A DNA stretch of 64,000 bases from Eledone cirrhosa. Lineage: Eukaryota. How positions within the stretch are numbered: position 1 is the stretch's first letter; the number at the start of each line of letters is the position of its first letter. Of this stretch, positions 40,573 to 54,849 are shown piece after piece. The notes below the pieces were generated by a model, which was not told the DNA's origin, made no database searches, and was given only the letters and a program-made list of their open reading frames with translations. The stretch lies in assembly GCA_964016885.1 (NCBI GenBank), contig OZ024742.1, positions 101,928,001 to 101,992,000 of the forward strand, read 5' to 3'. A program made the position numbers and the translations under genes.

Positions 40573-43500
40573 TAATTTCTTGTGGAGAAGACATTGTGTT
40601 AAACTCTTATCAAGAATGTTTCATTGTTTAAAAAGAGAGATTTGGTTCAATATTATATTACTGGAGAATAATTGTTGAAGTGGTAGCCTATCAATGTCTG
40701 AGAGAGGTTTGGAACAGTAATTTCAATAAATCTTTGGCAAATGAACTGAACTGTTTAATTTAATACCCATGTAAAAATATGGTTAACTTTAGCTAACAAT
40801 GTTGTTCATTGTTATGTAACCTAATGGTTATTGTTAGCTCTCACTCAATGATGTTGAGGTTACACTGAGTCTCATGTGGCACTGTTGCATTGTCAATTCT
40901 GTTCATGAAGATTATAAACAAGATTATGGCAGAGACTCTCCCTTCTTTTCTTTGCCTGACACTTAAGGTGATTTTTTTTTTCTCTTTTACTTCTTCTTCT
41001 TAGTAGTTTTTTCCTTCTCTGTTTTAACTTTTTCAATACACATTTTTACAGATAAATACCTTTTTTTTTGTTTCTTTTTTATTTCACTTTTCCAATGCTG
41101 GATGGGTTTTATATATTTTATTGTTTTTATATATGTACCTACCTCACACGGCGGTCCGAAGGCCACTGAGGTTTTCTTTTCAAATATTTCTTTCGCTTTC
41201 TACCGCTCTCTCTCTTTCATTCTTGCTTTCTTGAATCTTTTATACACTCTCTCTCTCTCTCTACCTACCTCTTTCTCCCTCTCTATATACCTCTTACTCT
41301 ACTCCTCTTTCTCTCTCACTTTCTCTGGTTTTTCTTAATTATTAAGGGAACTTTAATAAAGAATATTCTGCTGGAAATAGTAGCGGTGGTAGGAGTTGAG
41401 AAAATAATCCACTGGCTGTTATGTGTACACATGCACATGCGCGCATACATATATACACAGATATGCATGCACAGAAACAGAAACATCTGCCCCCCCCCCC
41501 CCCCCACACACACACACAAATGCATACATGCACACAAACAAAATGCAAAGTGACAAACACCAACACAAACACATGCACACATTCTTGCACAAAGCAGACA
41601 TGAGCACAGAAATGAATAGACATAAACATGCACAGACATGCATACTTTAACATATGCATATGTACTGGCAAACCTGTACACATTTTGACATGCATGCATG
41701 CTTGTATGTAGACAGGCATATGCACACATATAGGTACTCAATCACACATTCATATGTATAAAATGATGTTTATAGATTACTCTATTCCTTCTGAGTTTTG
41801 CAACTTCATACGAATAGGGAAAAAATGTAAAATAAATGATATAACTCTACTTTGGTATTGAGCACTTTTTCCTCGTGTTTGCAAACCTAAATATCTGGAT
41901 AGGTTGTGTGTATCTTGGATTTTTAAAATAGGTAGATTGTATTCATGTGTCTTGTAAGAGGGGACTAAAAGGGTTTGTGTCAGGAACGGAATTTGGTTGT
42001 AAAACATCCCACTCAACCCATGTCAGCATTGATAAGTGGAGGTAAAAACGATGATGATGCATATTCATCATCATCATCTTCATTTAACGCCCATTTTCCA
42101 CGCTAGCATGGGTTAGACGGAGCAGGAGTTATATGCACGCACGCAGACACAGACACACACACACATATATGCGTAAATAGGACGGTTATTGCTCTAATCA
42201 GTCCACAAACACTCTAAACCAAATTCCAACTTGCACTCATGAATCCTGCTTAATCAAACCGCGACCCACCCTCCAAATATTCGGCATATTGAACATGGCC
42301 CACCTACCTTCCCAAACTCGGCATAGCAAACTGGACAACGGTAGCTACCAATCACCATTATCATTTAATGTTTGTTTTTCCTGTTAGCAAGGGTCGGACA
42401 TATATATATATAACCCCCCCCCCCCATATATATATATGTATATATGCATGCCTACACACACATACTTACATGTAAATATACACACACATATATATATTGA
42501 TATATATATATGACTTCATTTATAATTTGGTTTTATATGTGTGTGTGTGTGTGTATATATATATATGATACACACACACACACAGGTAGTCAAGTACATC
42601 CGGCAGACAATGTGTTGAACCAAATAGACTTGTTATAGGACAGAGAGAAGCTACAATTACTGGTCACAGTGTTCTTTTGTGTGTAGTTTACAACATGGGA
42701 GATGAGATAATTGTTGAAGATTAGGCGTGGGAGGTAATAGGAGGTTAAAGATCATGACTGTTGCTTATTTACTAAGGATTTACTTTTACATTTTGTGGCG
42801 TCACATGGAATTTCATGCTTCCATCTTCTCAACTCTTTATTACAACAATTCTCACCTTTTTTCAGGGTGTATGTCTCTCTGTTGTATATCTATAGGTACA
42901 TATGAATGTGTAATATATATATTTCTGTGTAGGTGTGTGTGTGTGTGTGTAAATATATATATTTATTTTTAGTTTAGCTTACCTTCCACTCCCACCCTCT
43001 GTTAACTTTTTCATTATTTCACTTCTTAGAATAGGTGCACTGTATCCCTTTGTATCGTAAAAGGGGACAAAAACTGGTTAGTGTCAGGAAGGGCATCCAG
43101 CTGTAAAATATTGTCTTAAAATATCCCCTTCAACCAATGCCAACATTGAAAAGTGGTAATAAAAACCTTGTAAAGTGGTCCTGTTGGTGACATGATAAAA
43201 AGCACCCAGTTCACTCTAAGGTTGTTGTGCTGGTGATAGATGAAAAAGTACCCAGTCCAACCTGTCAGTTGGTTGTTTTCACCATTGGCATTAGTAGGGC
43301 ATCCAGCTGTAGAAACCAAGCCATAAACAGTTCTGTATGAGCAAGTTGCGGTCACCTGACCTGACAACAGGACAACTCGTCTAACCCATGCTAGCATGGA
43401 AAATGGATGTTAAACGATGATGGTGTGTGTGTGTAGGCATATGATATATTAACTGATAAATTTACAACAAAATTGGGTAAGTTTGAAAATTTGTAATTTA

Positions 43501-44379
43501 TTAGTTTTGTGGTGAAAAACTGTCACAATTCATATATTTACTATAAAATAGTAAATTAAGTCAGGTAATTTATCCTTGGTGATAGAAAAGGGTGAAGAGA
43601 TGCCTGCAGGAACTGAACCATGTATTTGCATTTTTCCATCTCCAGGAGTAATATACCTGACTTATTTTACTATTTCATAGTTAACATATGAATTGTGTGT
43701 GGCAGCTTTTCACCACAAAAGCAAATAAATTTCATATATTTCTCCTTTCTTGTCCAACCCATGCCACCATGGAAAGATTAACGCACCTTCAGTGTATTGC
43801 CTATCACTAGATCACTCTCTTAATGATATTTAGATCTCACCTTCCCCACCTAGTCTTCCCTTCCCCCACTTGATCCCCTCTACCATCTTAATTTTCTCCC
43901 TTCCCTGATTTCTCCTTCCTTATCCAACTCGTGGCCACCTGGAAAGATAGATAGATGCATCCCCCACTACATCCTTTAATTTCTAACTTCTTGTCCAACC
44001 ATGTCAGTCTGGAAAGATGAGTGCACCCTACAGTGTACTGCTAGAAGTCACTTTTGAAGGCCACCTCTCCCTCTCTCACCCCTCCAGCAAGCAGCATGTA
44101 TCCTAGCCCCCTCCTCTTAACCTTTCCTATCAGTGCTTCTTCAACCTGACTGAGGACACAGCGTGCACCTTAATGTCGAAAAATGGAAGTGCTGGTGTCA
44201 TAATAAAATGTACTCAGCCCCCACTGTAATGTAGTAGTGATGGTGCCACGATAAATGCACTCTAACATGAACACACACATGTATACACATGTACATACAA
44301 GTATACCCCCTCCCCCACACACACATATATATACAACCACTTATATGCACACACATGTATACATATGCACATGTAAACG

Positions 44380-44420
<41 letters not shown>

Positions 44421-44934
44421 TACAGGAGGAGGATTAGTGAATTAAGAAAGTGTCCTTGGATGTTGTATGAAAAGTTTTTAAGAAGCAAGTGGGAGTGACC
44501 TTAGGAACTGTTTTGTATAGAGGGGTGGTGCAGAAGGGTAGCTTAGACAGGTATCATCCCTATTGTGTGACATGTCAGCACTGATTGTCACCTGTATTAT
44601 AGGTGACATAAGGGGACACTATCTCAAAGATCAGAGCCATTAAATGGTGTGTGTGTCTTTCTGTGACTTTGACTGGCTTAAGAGGTAGTTGTGTTATTTG
44701 TCATGTGATTTAGATGCTAGTGGTTGTTTAGCCCCAGGTTAGCCCTGATCAAGCAGACCTATGATCAAGTATTGACTGGTTTGAGAGGTAGTTGTGTTAT
44801 AGAGTTATTTAATTTGTAGCAAATTTCATTTAAATTATATAATACTTGCAATAAATAGGAAAAAGGAATAGTGAAAGTAAGTGGAAAGAGGGAGGTAGTG
44901 GCAGACTTTACACCTCAGTCTAGACAATATATCC

Positions 44935-45230
44935 TAGCTGCACCCTGCAGACAAAATGGTGAAGGCATTGTTGCAGCGAATAGCCTGCAACACCCACTGC
45001 ATCAGTCACTCCACTGCACAGAAATCCTTCCTCGGGTGGGATTCCCTCCTAATTTTGTAGAGGAAAAAAGCAGCTCGGGGACTGAGGACACAAGAGGTCT
45101 CCTTAGTGACCACCACAAAAAGGAAGTGGTTGGTCAAGTCCTGGTATTTGACTATCTTTCACTTCTCCATGCTATGGGTTACAATGCCTGGGTTTGAAGC
45201 CAAAGTGACATGGTTAGAGGCAGAGAATGT
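44935..45230 (-). mobile_element. CRE-clade LINE C-terminal remnant
   Basis: Minus strand KYQDLTNHFLFVVVTKETSCVLSPRAAFFL...LMQWVLQAIRCNNAFTIL with an internal stop. Confidence 0.55.
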
Positions 45231-47137
45231 GCTGTAATATGTGGTATGCTAATGTTTATAGAGCTGAGATTGAGAGGTGCTATAACCTCCTCATCCTACA
45301 TGCACACTAACAATAATAATTGTTAGCAACTCTTAAAGAAAAGAAGAGATAATTAAAAATCATTTGAGTACTACTTCAGTTAGATGGAAGACTGAGAAAA
45401 CTGGTATGTGTGTATATCTGTAATATTGAAGATGCTATGATGTGTAACTACATGGGATATTGACCTATTTCTTCTGCAACCACCTTGTGTTGTTTAGACC
45501 CAAGACAATCCTAATCGAGCAGACCTATGATCAAAGGAATTCCAACCATGACCACCTGGCCTTTTTATGGGTAACATTATTTAATGTGTCCTTCCTTTTT
45601 TTTTTTTTAAATATTGTAGAATGAGATATTTGGCTGCTATTTCTAATAGGTCAGCCGCATAGACTTGTTGGTTTGAATACTGCTAGTTTTTTTCTTCTAT
45701 GTTTTTATATATTTTGGGGCAAAATATTTAAGCTATCTTCTTTCTACATATGAACTCTTATGTTTGTCTATATAAAAATTCATGTTGATATTTTCTACTC
45801 TTGCTGTCGTGAGCTTATGAAAAGACAGTAAAATTGTCTAATTTTGGAAACTGATAGAAATTAAATGAACAGATCATGGTATAGCTTCTAAATTGTTGCC
45901 AGGAGATAAAAACTTTTAACAAGATTGGTCTGTGTCTGTATAGTTCATGTTGCAGTGATTGACAATAGTGTATAATAAAGTCAGTCAGAAATATATTATG
46001 AAAGCTCTGCTGGTTTATCTTTGATGTATCTTGAATCTTTCATAATATTTTCACTCATGATTTCTATAAAAGTCAAGTGGTCATAGGATGCATAAATTGT
46101 AATGTCAACACAGTTTTATTTTTGAAAAGATTTTATGATGAATTGAAAGTAATGTTTATTAAACATGACTTTTATGTTTGATCATGATGTTAGCTACATT
46201 AATTACACAGAAGACATGTCTAGTTTTATATTGCTTTCATTCGTTCTTTAATTTATTACTTTTTTTTTGTTGAATAATTTGACTTTCTCAAATATTTGTT
46301 AAAATATATTTTTAACATGTAATTGTCACTTCTGAATCTAGTAAAATAGAACAACAAATAAACAAAAAGAGAAAGCCTCCCTTTGTATTCTTTTATTGTT
46401 TAAATCTTATCCTTCTTGTGTCCAATGGATGAGATTAGTGCAAGTTAATCTCTGGTGCTGGAGGTTAGTGGATCATAAGGAGCTGTTTCACTAAGACGCT
46501 CTTTCAAGAACAAGACAATACAGGATTACTAGAGAGATAAATACAGTCCAGCCTGTGTGAAGGGTCATGAAATGTAGTGACAACTTCGCTAAATCATAAA
46601 CCATCGCCTTAATCTCTGGCTTCAGCAGAGCAGTCACTAAATTAACGTCGAAATGTAATTGTCTTGTTAAAGGTTCAATGTTCAGTGCTACTCTACTGTG
46701 GTAACTACACGGGAACACATGCATGATTGAACATGCAGTCATGCATGTTGTTACAGTCTCATGCTCTTACTCACATATATAGTCACACACATGTATTCCT
46801 ACATGTATGCAGACATGCACTCACTTGCAAGCACACTGACATGCATTCACTTGCAAGCACGCAGAGATGCACTTATTGCATGTACATAGACATGCACTTA
46901 TTGTATGTACACACATACATTTACTTGCAGACTCTTTTTCCTCTTATGTACAATCACACATGCACACACATGCAGGCACACACATACGTACACACACACC
47001 AACACACTCTTTCTCTCTCTGAGACATACATACTCTTTTCCCCTCTTTTTCTCTTTCTCTCTCTGATGCAGACATTCTCTCTGTCACATATTACCACACC
47101 CTTCCTCTCTTTGAGGCATACATTGTATTCCCCCCTC

Positions 47138-47236
<99 letters not shown>

Positions 47237-47302
47237 TCTCTGCATGCGCATATTGTAACTTTATATTCAAATTGTTAGGTTTCAAAAAGACTGTAGTAAG
47301 GG

Positions 47303-47390
47303 TATAACGGGGTATCCCCCAAAATTGTATACACACTTTTATTAGAATGCTGTTGAAGTATGTATACATTTATGGGGGACACCCTGTATA
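47303..47390. mobile_element. Tiny Tc1/mariner-type MITE
   Basis: Inverted ends ggggtatcccccaaaattgtatacacact / agtatgtatacatttatgggggacaccctgta, TA-flanked. Confidence 0.7.
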
Positions 47391-47480
47391 TAGAGTGGCT
47401 TGTTAGTGTATATATATATAGAGAGTGGCTTGTTGTTAGTGTGTATATATACAGAGTGGCTTGTTGTTAGTGTGTGTGTG

Positions 47481-47530
<50 letters not shown>

Positions 47531-47920
47531 GTAGCTTGTTGTTAGTGTATATATATATATGTATATATATATATACACATACACAGAGTAGCTTGTTGTT
47601 AGTGTATATATACAGAGTAGCTTGTTGTTAGTGTATATATACAGAGTAGCTTGTTGTTAGTGTATATATACAGAGTAGCTTGTTGTTAGTGTATATATAC
47701 AGAGTAGCTTGTTAGTGTATATATACAGGGTAGCTTGTTGTTAGTGTATATATACAGAGTAGCTTGTTGTTAGTGTATATATACAGAGTAGCTTGTTGTT
47801 AGTGTATATATATAGAGTAGCTTGTTGTTAGTGTATTTATATAGAGTAGCTTGTTAGTGTATATATACAGGGTAGCTTGTTGTTAGTGTATATATACAAG
47901 TGTATATAGAGTAGCTTGTG
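47391..47920. repeat. ~29-bp minisatellite (agagtagcttgttgttagtgtatatatac)
   Basis: About 15 tandem units with a variable (TA) spacer. Confidence 0.92.
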
Positions 47921-49429
47921 AGATTTATAAAGTGGATTGCTGACTACAAGGTCAGCAATCCACTTTAATACATGTAACCTCATTTAACAATCCACTTTAA
48001 GTATGTAACCTCTCTGTGTTGTGTCTGTTTCACTCAATAAATAACATTATTAGTTGATTGGTCAGTCTTTTGTAAGGTAGTTTATTTCTGTGAGTTTCAA
48101 GTTGGTTTGTGATGTTTGATTGACTGTTAGTAACTGCCTCAAATCAAGCCTCATCATTTTGAAAAAGGGCGAACACACTACAATGTGTTTCAAAAACATA
48201 AAAGATGGGATAGTCATGGTTGGGGCACCATTGATCATACATATGTCTGATTGGTCAGTGTAAAAAGAAATAATTCTTTCTAGAATTGATACAAGGATGG
48301 CAATTTGGGAGAAGGAGAAAGTTATGTCGACCTCAGTACTTAACTGGTAGTTAATTTTATCGACCCTGGAAGGATGAAAGGCAAAATTGAGGTCGGCAGG
48401 ATTTGAAACCAAAAAGTAGAGGTCCTTAATGGAATATTGCAATGTATTTCATCCAACGCACTAACAATTCTGCCAACCCACCATAAACAAAATAATGAAA
48501 GGTTCGTTAGAATATGGTGATTTTGAACCAGGAATGTTTTAACAGAGTCAATGTAAGAAGATTGGTTGTAGACCGAGTTTCTTTTGTTAAGTAACTGGTT
48601 TAATGAGTGGAAAATTATACAGTTGCTGGTTACTTTGCTCTGGATAGCTGCTTACTGACCTCTGGTGATCTCTTCATACATTAACACACTTTTTTCATTC
48701 ACACTGGACATTGTTACCACCCTGATATTGCAGTGGAGGGGGCAGGGAGTGAACTGGTTAGACTTGGCTCAATTCTCCTTCTCACTCGTATGTTCCTAGA
48801 TCAACCCAAACTATCACCACCTTTTGTCTACTAAACATTTTACTCTTAGCCAGCTGAGACAATGTAGCCTCTGTGATCACCTGACTTGCTAAAAACAGTT
48901 GTGAAATCTCCATGAAATTACACCATAACATTTTAAGCTTTATAATACAAAAACTGACTCTAGTTCTATGATACAAACTTTGTTTTTAAGTGTTTATATT
49001 TATGTAAAAACTTCCCATCATAATTTTATGTAAGAACCTTTGTTTCAAATACCAGTTTAATGATGAGAAGGTTTAAATTTACACATTAAATGAACACATT
49101 AGAATAAACAATTTTTCTTCATAGAACTAGGGGTGGTTTATATGTGGGCTGGTATCAAAGGGGTTAATAATAAATACAACTGAAAAACAAGTGATTTTCC
49201 ATGATAAAACCAAAGGCAGGTTGGTATCAAAAGGGTTAACCTCTTCAGTTGAGCCATCAGTAAAGTTCTTTAAAATCAGTTAAATTTTAGTTGTTAGCTT
49301 ATATCCATATTTCTGTGTTATTACGAGTCAATTGACTTTCTTTAGGGCCCTTTAAATAAAATACATTGTTGTTTAGCCCTGGTCAGCTTTAACAAAGATG
49401 ATGTTAGTCAAAAGGCTAGGTGTGATCTG

Positions 49430-49770
49430 TAGTTCCATTGCACCTAATTGAGAACCACATGGTTGGACAAGTCTTTTTCAGTATAGCCTCCCTCCACTTG
49501 TGTTCTTTTGTCATCTCCTCTGTGAGGTTCAGCATTTTAAGATCAGCTCTCACCACCTCTTCCCAGGTCTTTCTTGGTCTTCTATTGCAGCTTCCTTTTA
49601 CTGAGAACTCTTGGCATTTCTTCACTCACTGATCATAATCCATATGCATCACATATCCATACCAGTGAAGATTTCTCTCTTGTACACTACATTTAATTCT
49701 TGTTATGCCCAATTTTTCTGTCATCACTCCCATGCTATGCAGTCTATTGTGTGTTAACATCAAACATAGT
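49430..49770 (-). mobile_element. Decayed fragment of a related RTE subfamily (similar piece at 24480-24690)
   Basis: EKLGI..I...VQERNLHWYGYVMHM and RPRKTWEEVVRADLKMLNL in broken frames. Confidence 0.8.
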
Positions 49771-50640
49771 AGCTTTGTCTCTATTATAAGAAAAGTGTTA
49801 CTGTCAATAATATTTGTCACAGAACGAATGTTGATGTTGACATGGTAGAGCTAGAGATAATAGGTGGACAATGGAGGTAATTTAGATATATATAACATGT
49901 TCTTTGAACTGTGTGTGTCTGCCTGTCTATCTGTCTATGTTTGTCATATACACGTGTCTGTATGTCTATGCATGTGTCTTTGTGTGCCTTTGCTTATTTA
50001 CACATCTGCATGTCTGAGTGCAAACATGCATATTTATTTCTACATGCATTTGTCTGAGTGCATATATCAGCACATCTGTGCATACAAGTCTGGGTACCAT
50101 ATATGGATAGGGGTATGTATTCACCTGTGTGTGTGTGTGTGTTAACTCATGTGTTCATGTATAATTGTTTCTTTGTCAATATATGCATATTAACTGCTTA
50201 GTCTATTTCCATGCATATATACATACATGTGTATGTACGTGTGCACTTCCATACATTTCTACATATATGTATTTCCATGCATGTGTAGGCATATGTGTAT
50301 TTCCATACATGTGTATGTGTATTTCCATGCATGTGTATGTATGTGTATTTCCATACATGTGTATGTATGTGTATTTCCATGCATGTGTATGTACATGCAC
50401 AAATTTGACCTTGTCTTTTGTAATCTCTCTCTCAGCAGTGTGTGGTCTCCTCTCATTTCAGATAAAATGTTGAAGTCTTTTGAACTGTGTACATGTGGAT
50501 TTTAATTGTATGACAACAATGTTCATTTTACAGAAATTATATTTGTGTATACATGTGTGAATCTGCATGTGTGCATATATATATATATATATACCTACAT
50601 ATACATACATAAACATAGCTAATTATATCCAATATAATAT

Positions 50641-53600
50641 CATCATCATCATCATCATCAGCGTTTAACGTCCGTGTTCCACGCTTGCATGGGTTTGGAC
50701 GGGGGTAGTCCCACTTGAGGCAAGAGTGATTGTCTTGCTCGCATAGGACTGTCTGGCAGGTTTTCTACAGTTGGATGCCCTTCCTAACACCAACCACATT
50801 TACAGTGTGGGTCTGGGAGGTTTTTACCGTGTTGCCTACACGGCCACATTACAGCGTGGACTGTGTGTTTTTTTGTCGTGACACCTACACGATCTCATTT
50901 GTTTCGGCCTCGATGGCGCGGCACCAACATAACTTTACATAGAACGGGGTGGTGTGGATCGGGTGGGGGTGGTGGGACGGGGTGTATTTGTTAGAGATGC
51001 CTACTGGCTGGAGTAGGTTTTACTATATATTTAGGTAAGGCGGGTCTTCTCTGTTACTGAGTACCGCCAAAGGTCTCGGTCCAGTGACATTGTCTTGGAG
51101 AGGTGTAAGTGTGTGATGTCGGAGTTTATCAGCTCGTCCCAGGTTTTTCTAGGTCTGCCTATTCCGTGACTACCGTCTATCTTTATTGCCCTGCACTTTG
51201 TTATACAGCTATCGACTTTCATGCGCATCACGTGTCCATACCAACGTAGCCTTCTCTCGAGTAAACAACATCTGATCCCTCTTATCTCTAATTTATTCCT
51301 TAGTTCGTTTATGCTTTGCCATTCACGTATATTACTGTTACACATCCAGCGGAGCATGCAAGCTTCGTTCCTCTCTAGTCTGCGTATATCCTCTGCACAC
51401 AATGCCCAGGTCTCACTGCCATGCAGCATTGCTGTTCGTATGCAGGCATCGTACAACCTGCCTTTCATTTTTAGTGAGAACCCTTTAGCAGCTAATAGTG
51501 GTATAAGCTCTCTGAACTTTTTCCAACCAGTTCTGACTCTAGCTACAGTACTTTCAGAGCACCCTCCCCCACTGCTGATTTTATCGCCCAGGTAACGGAA
51601 GCTGTCCACTATTTCTATAGAACCCTCTGCGCAATTGAAAGAGCTAGTAGTTTGTGGGCACTTGCTGCTACTTATTGCACCAGAGCACCGGCCACATGTA
51701 AAATCTATGTTCTTAGTTAGCCTACCTGTGATCCCACTACATCTTTTATGCACCCATACTTTGCATTTAGGACATAAAATGGAGTTTCTACCTACGCCTT
51801 TCCTACACACCGAGCACGACCATTTCCCAGAAGGGACCGCCGCCTTGTTTTCTTTCCTACAAACTAGTACTTTGGTCTTAGCCAGGTTAATTTTAAGTCC
51901 TTTTGACTCTAGGCCGTGCTTCCATGTTTGGAATTTCTTCTCTAGCTCGGCCATTGATTCCGCTATGAGTGTCAGGTCGTCTGCGTATAGGAGTTCCCAT
52001 GGGCAGCCTGTCTTGAACTCCTCTGTTATGGCCTGAAGGGCAATAATAAATAGTAGTGGACTGAGAACAGAGCCCTGATGGACGCCGACTTTTACGCTAA
52101 ACTCTTCACTATATTCGTTGTTAATTCTAACCTTGCTGACTGTTTCTTTATACATGGCTTGTATAGCCCTCACAAGCCATTCGTCAACGCCTAGTTTTCT
52201 AAGAGCCCACCAGATAATGGAGCGGGGGACTCTGTCGAAGGCTTTCTCCAAGTCGACAAAAGCTAAGTAGAGGGGTTTACCTTTAGCTAGGTACTTCTCT
52301 TGTAGTTGTCGTACTATGAAAAGAGCGTCTGTGGTACTTTTGCCTGACACAAACCCGAACTGCATTTCATCTAGGTCAATTCTCTCTCTGATTAGTTGCG
52401 CTATTACTCTTTCCGTGACCTTCATGACCTGGTCGATTAATTTAATGCCTCTATAGTTACTCCTATCTAGGGCGTCTCCTTTACCCTTATAACAGTTAAC
52501 GATGATGCTGCTATGCCAGTCCTTCGGAACAACCCCGTTTTGTACGACTTGGTTAACTATGCGGGTGACCATGGTGTGTCCCACCGTGCCAGATGCCTTC
52601 AGCATCTCAGCAACTATTTCCGAAGGCCCAGCCGCCTTACCAGTCTTCATATCCTTGATTGCCTTACTTATTATACTCCCCTCGACTAACACTGCTGGTC
52701 CCTCTATTGGGTCGATATGGGGGAGACTGCCTTTCTCCCAATTATTCTCCTCATTTAGAAGCCTTTCATAGTGACACTTCCAAGCTACCTTCTTATCAGC
52801 GTCGGTGATGGCAAGTGTGCCATCGTCGTTTAGTACACACTTCTCCCCGACAATATCACGGTTTTCCTTGACGCATTGCCTAGCAATCCTGAACACCTCA
52901 CGTTTTTGGTCATCGCGTTGTAGAACATGCTTGAACTTTCTTTCCTCAGCTTCCCTTCTTGCTAAGTACACTTGTCTCCTAGCTTCCCTCCTGGCCACTT
53001 GATAGTCCTCTCTACTTCCCCCATCCCGCCATACTTTCCAAGCCTGCTTTTTGGCCTTAATTGACCCCTCCACCTTACTGTTCCACCACCATGTTACTCT
53101 CCTCCTGCCTACAGGCCTGCTCCAGCCACAGACCTCGTCTGTCGCCAACAGCAGGTTTGCTTTCAGAAATTCCCACTCTCCCTCTATATTGTCCGACTGT
53201 AAATGTTCTTCCTTACTGTCGAAAGCATCAAGTAATATGCTTTGAAATTTATTCCTGGCTGTGGGGTCCTTTAACTTCCATATTTTCCTCCTGAGGATAG
53301 TCCTCTTCTGTTGTCGAGTACGTCTCGTCCTGACTATGAGGTCGCTAATTATCAGTCTATGTTGGGAGGTGCATTCTTCATGGGGGAGGGATTTAGTGTT
53401 AACAACAGACACTCTGTCACGTCTTCTGGTAAGGATATAATCTACCTGGCTTGTGTGTTCCCCGGATCTATAGGTGATCAGGTGATTGTCACGTTTTTTG
53501 AAGTTAGTGTTACAGATAGTTAGGTTATTTGCATCACAGAATTCCAGGATTCTGGAGCCTTCCTCATTTCTAGTACCAAACCCATAGCCTCCATGGATTT

Positions 53601-54186
53601 CGTCGTAGCCGTCACAATGTTGTCCAACGTGACCATTTAGGTCGCCTGCGATAATTATATAGTCACTGTCGGATATTTGGGAGGTAGTTAGCATCAGTGT
53701 CTCATAGAATCTGTCTTTTATAGTGCCGGGCAGTCCGGATTGGGGTGCGTACGCAGATATTACTGTCACCGTAGTTCTATTGAGGACAAGTCGTATTTTA
53801 ATTATTCTGTCGTTCACTCTATTTACGTCTATTATCTTATCTGCCCACTTTTCTGCTACCATGATTCCTACTCCACCCAGCCCATCGTCGTTTCCCACCC
53901 AGAAAAGCTTATAACAACGTTTTTTACCCTCAATGAACCTAGCAGACCCACCCCTCCACCTGGTCTCTTGAATACAACAAACATCGACCTCCTTACGTTC
54001 AAGCATTTCTACAACCTCGTTAGCGCGACCCTTTAGGGTGCCTACATTTATGGTACCAACTCTGAAGTTTTGGATTGCGTTTGGGGGTTGGGGGCGGTGA
54101 GGGGCGGGGGGCGATGGGGTTATGTTAGCCGTCCGCGGTCGAAACAATGAGGAGTGCTCGCATTCTCGTCCAAGGGGTGAATTTGT

Positions 54187-54190
<4 letters not shown>
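50641..54190 (-). mobile_element. Near-full-length RTE-clade LINE retrotransposon
   Basis: Single open frame; ~390-bp 3' UTR ending ggacgttaaacgc(tga)n; 5' end abuts an (AT)n tract; GC richer than the flanks. Confidence 0.95.
51031..54189 (-). CDS. RTE ORF: APE endonuclease + reverse transcriptase with internal PHD finger
   Basis: GTINVG, CIQET, GDLNGH, QVDY, SQHR (APE); GKAAGP, NYRGI, FVDLEKAFDRV, GVHQGSVLSP, LLYADD, FRYLG (RT); RRLRWYGHV and GRPRKTW (RTE C-terminus). The N-terminal 39 aa of the ORF-track protein is microsatellite read-through. Confidence 0.95.
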
Positions 54191-54222
<32 letters not shown>

Positions 54223-54849
54223 TATAAATATATACATGCACATATGTATATCATATATATATATATATGTATATATTATACAACACACCAAGCATTTTAA
54301 GGCCATATATATATAATTCCCATTAAGGATTTCATGTCATTTTAAGTGTGTGTCGATAAACCTTGTCACTTAAACAACATATCACCAAAGAGATCCCCCA
54401 CATGGGTCTCAGTATTTTGTCGTCCAACAATACCGCCATCTCTACATAATACACATCTGAATTTCATTTCTTAACTCTAGAATCCATTTCTGTTGTCATT
54501 TTGTTTAGTTTAATATTTTATTTTTTGTTTTGTTTAATACAGTTATTTTATTGATAGCTTTTGCAGCACAGCTTCCATTTAAAAACGTCTTGAGGCGACA
54601 AAACACATTACTTTGTTATGAGTTAATTGTCTTGATAGCTCCCATGCTGGATTGCATTTAGTGTAACTTTAGACGAGGATGTCTTTAATAACAACCTAAT
54701 TAAGTCTCGGCATCTTTCTAAAGGTTTTTACACTGTAATGCTAGCTGCCTGTGAATCCGATCACAAAGGATTCTATTACTCTTGTAACCAGCTTCCATAT
54801 CCAAACCACCTTCAGGCAATTGCATCCTGTTTCTCTCACTCATATATAT

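Noticed and set aside
54190-54306. N-terminal 39 aa of the 1091-aa ORF
   Set aside because: Read-through into flanking (AT)n sequence, not part of the LINE.
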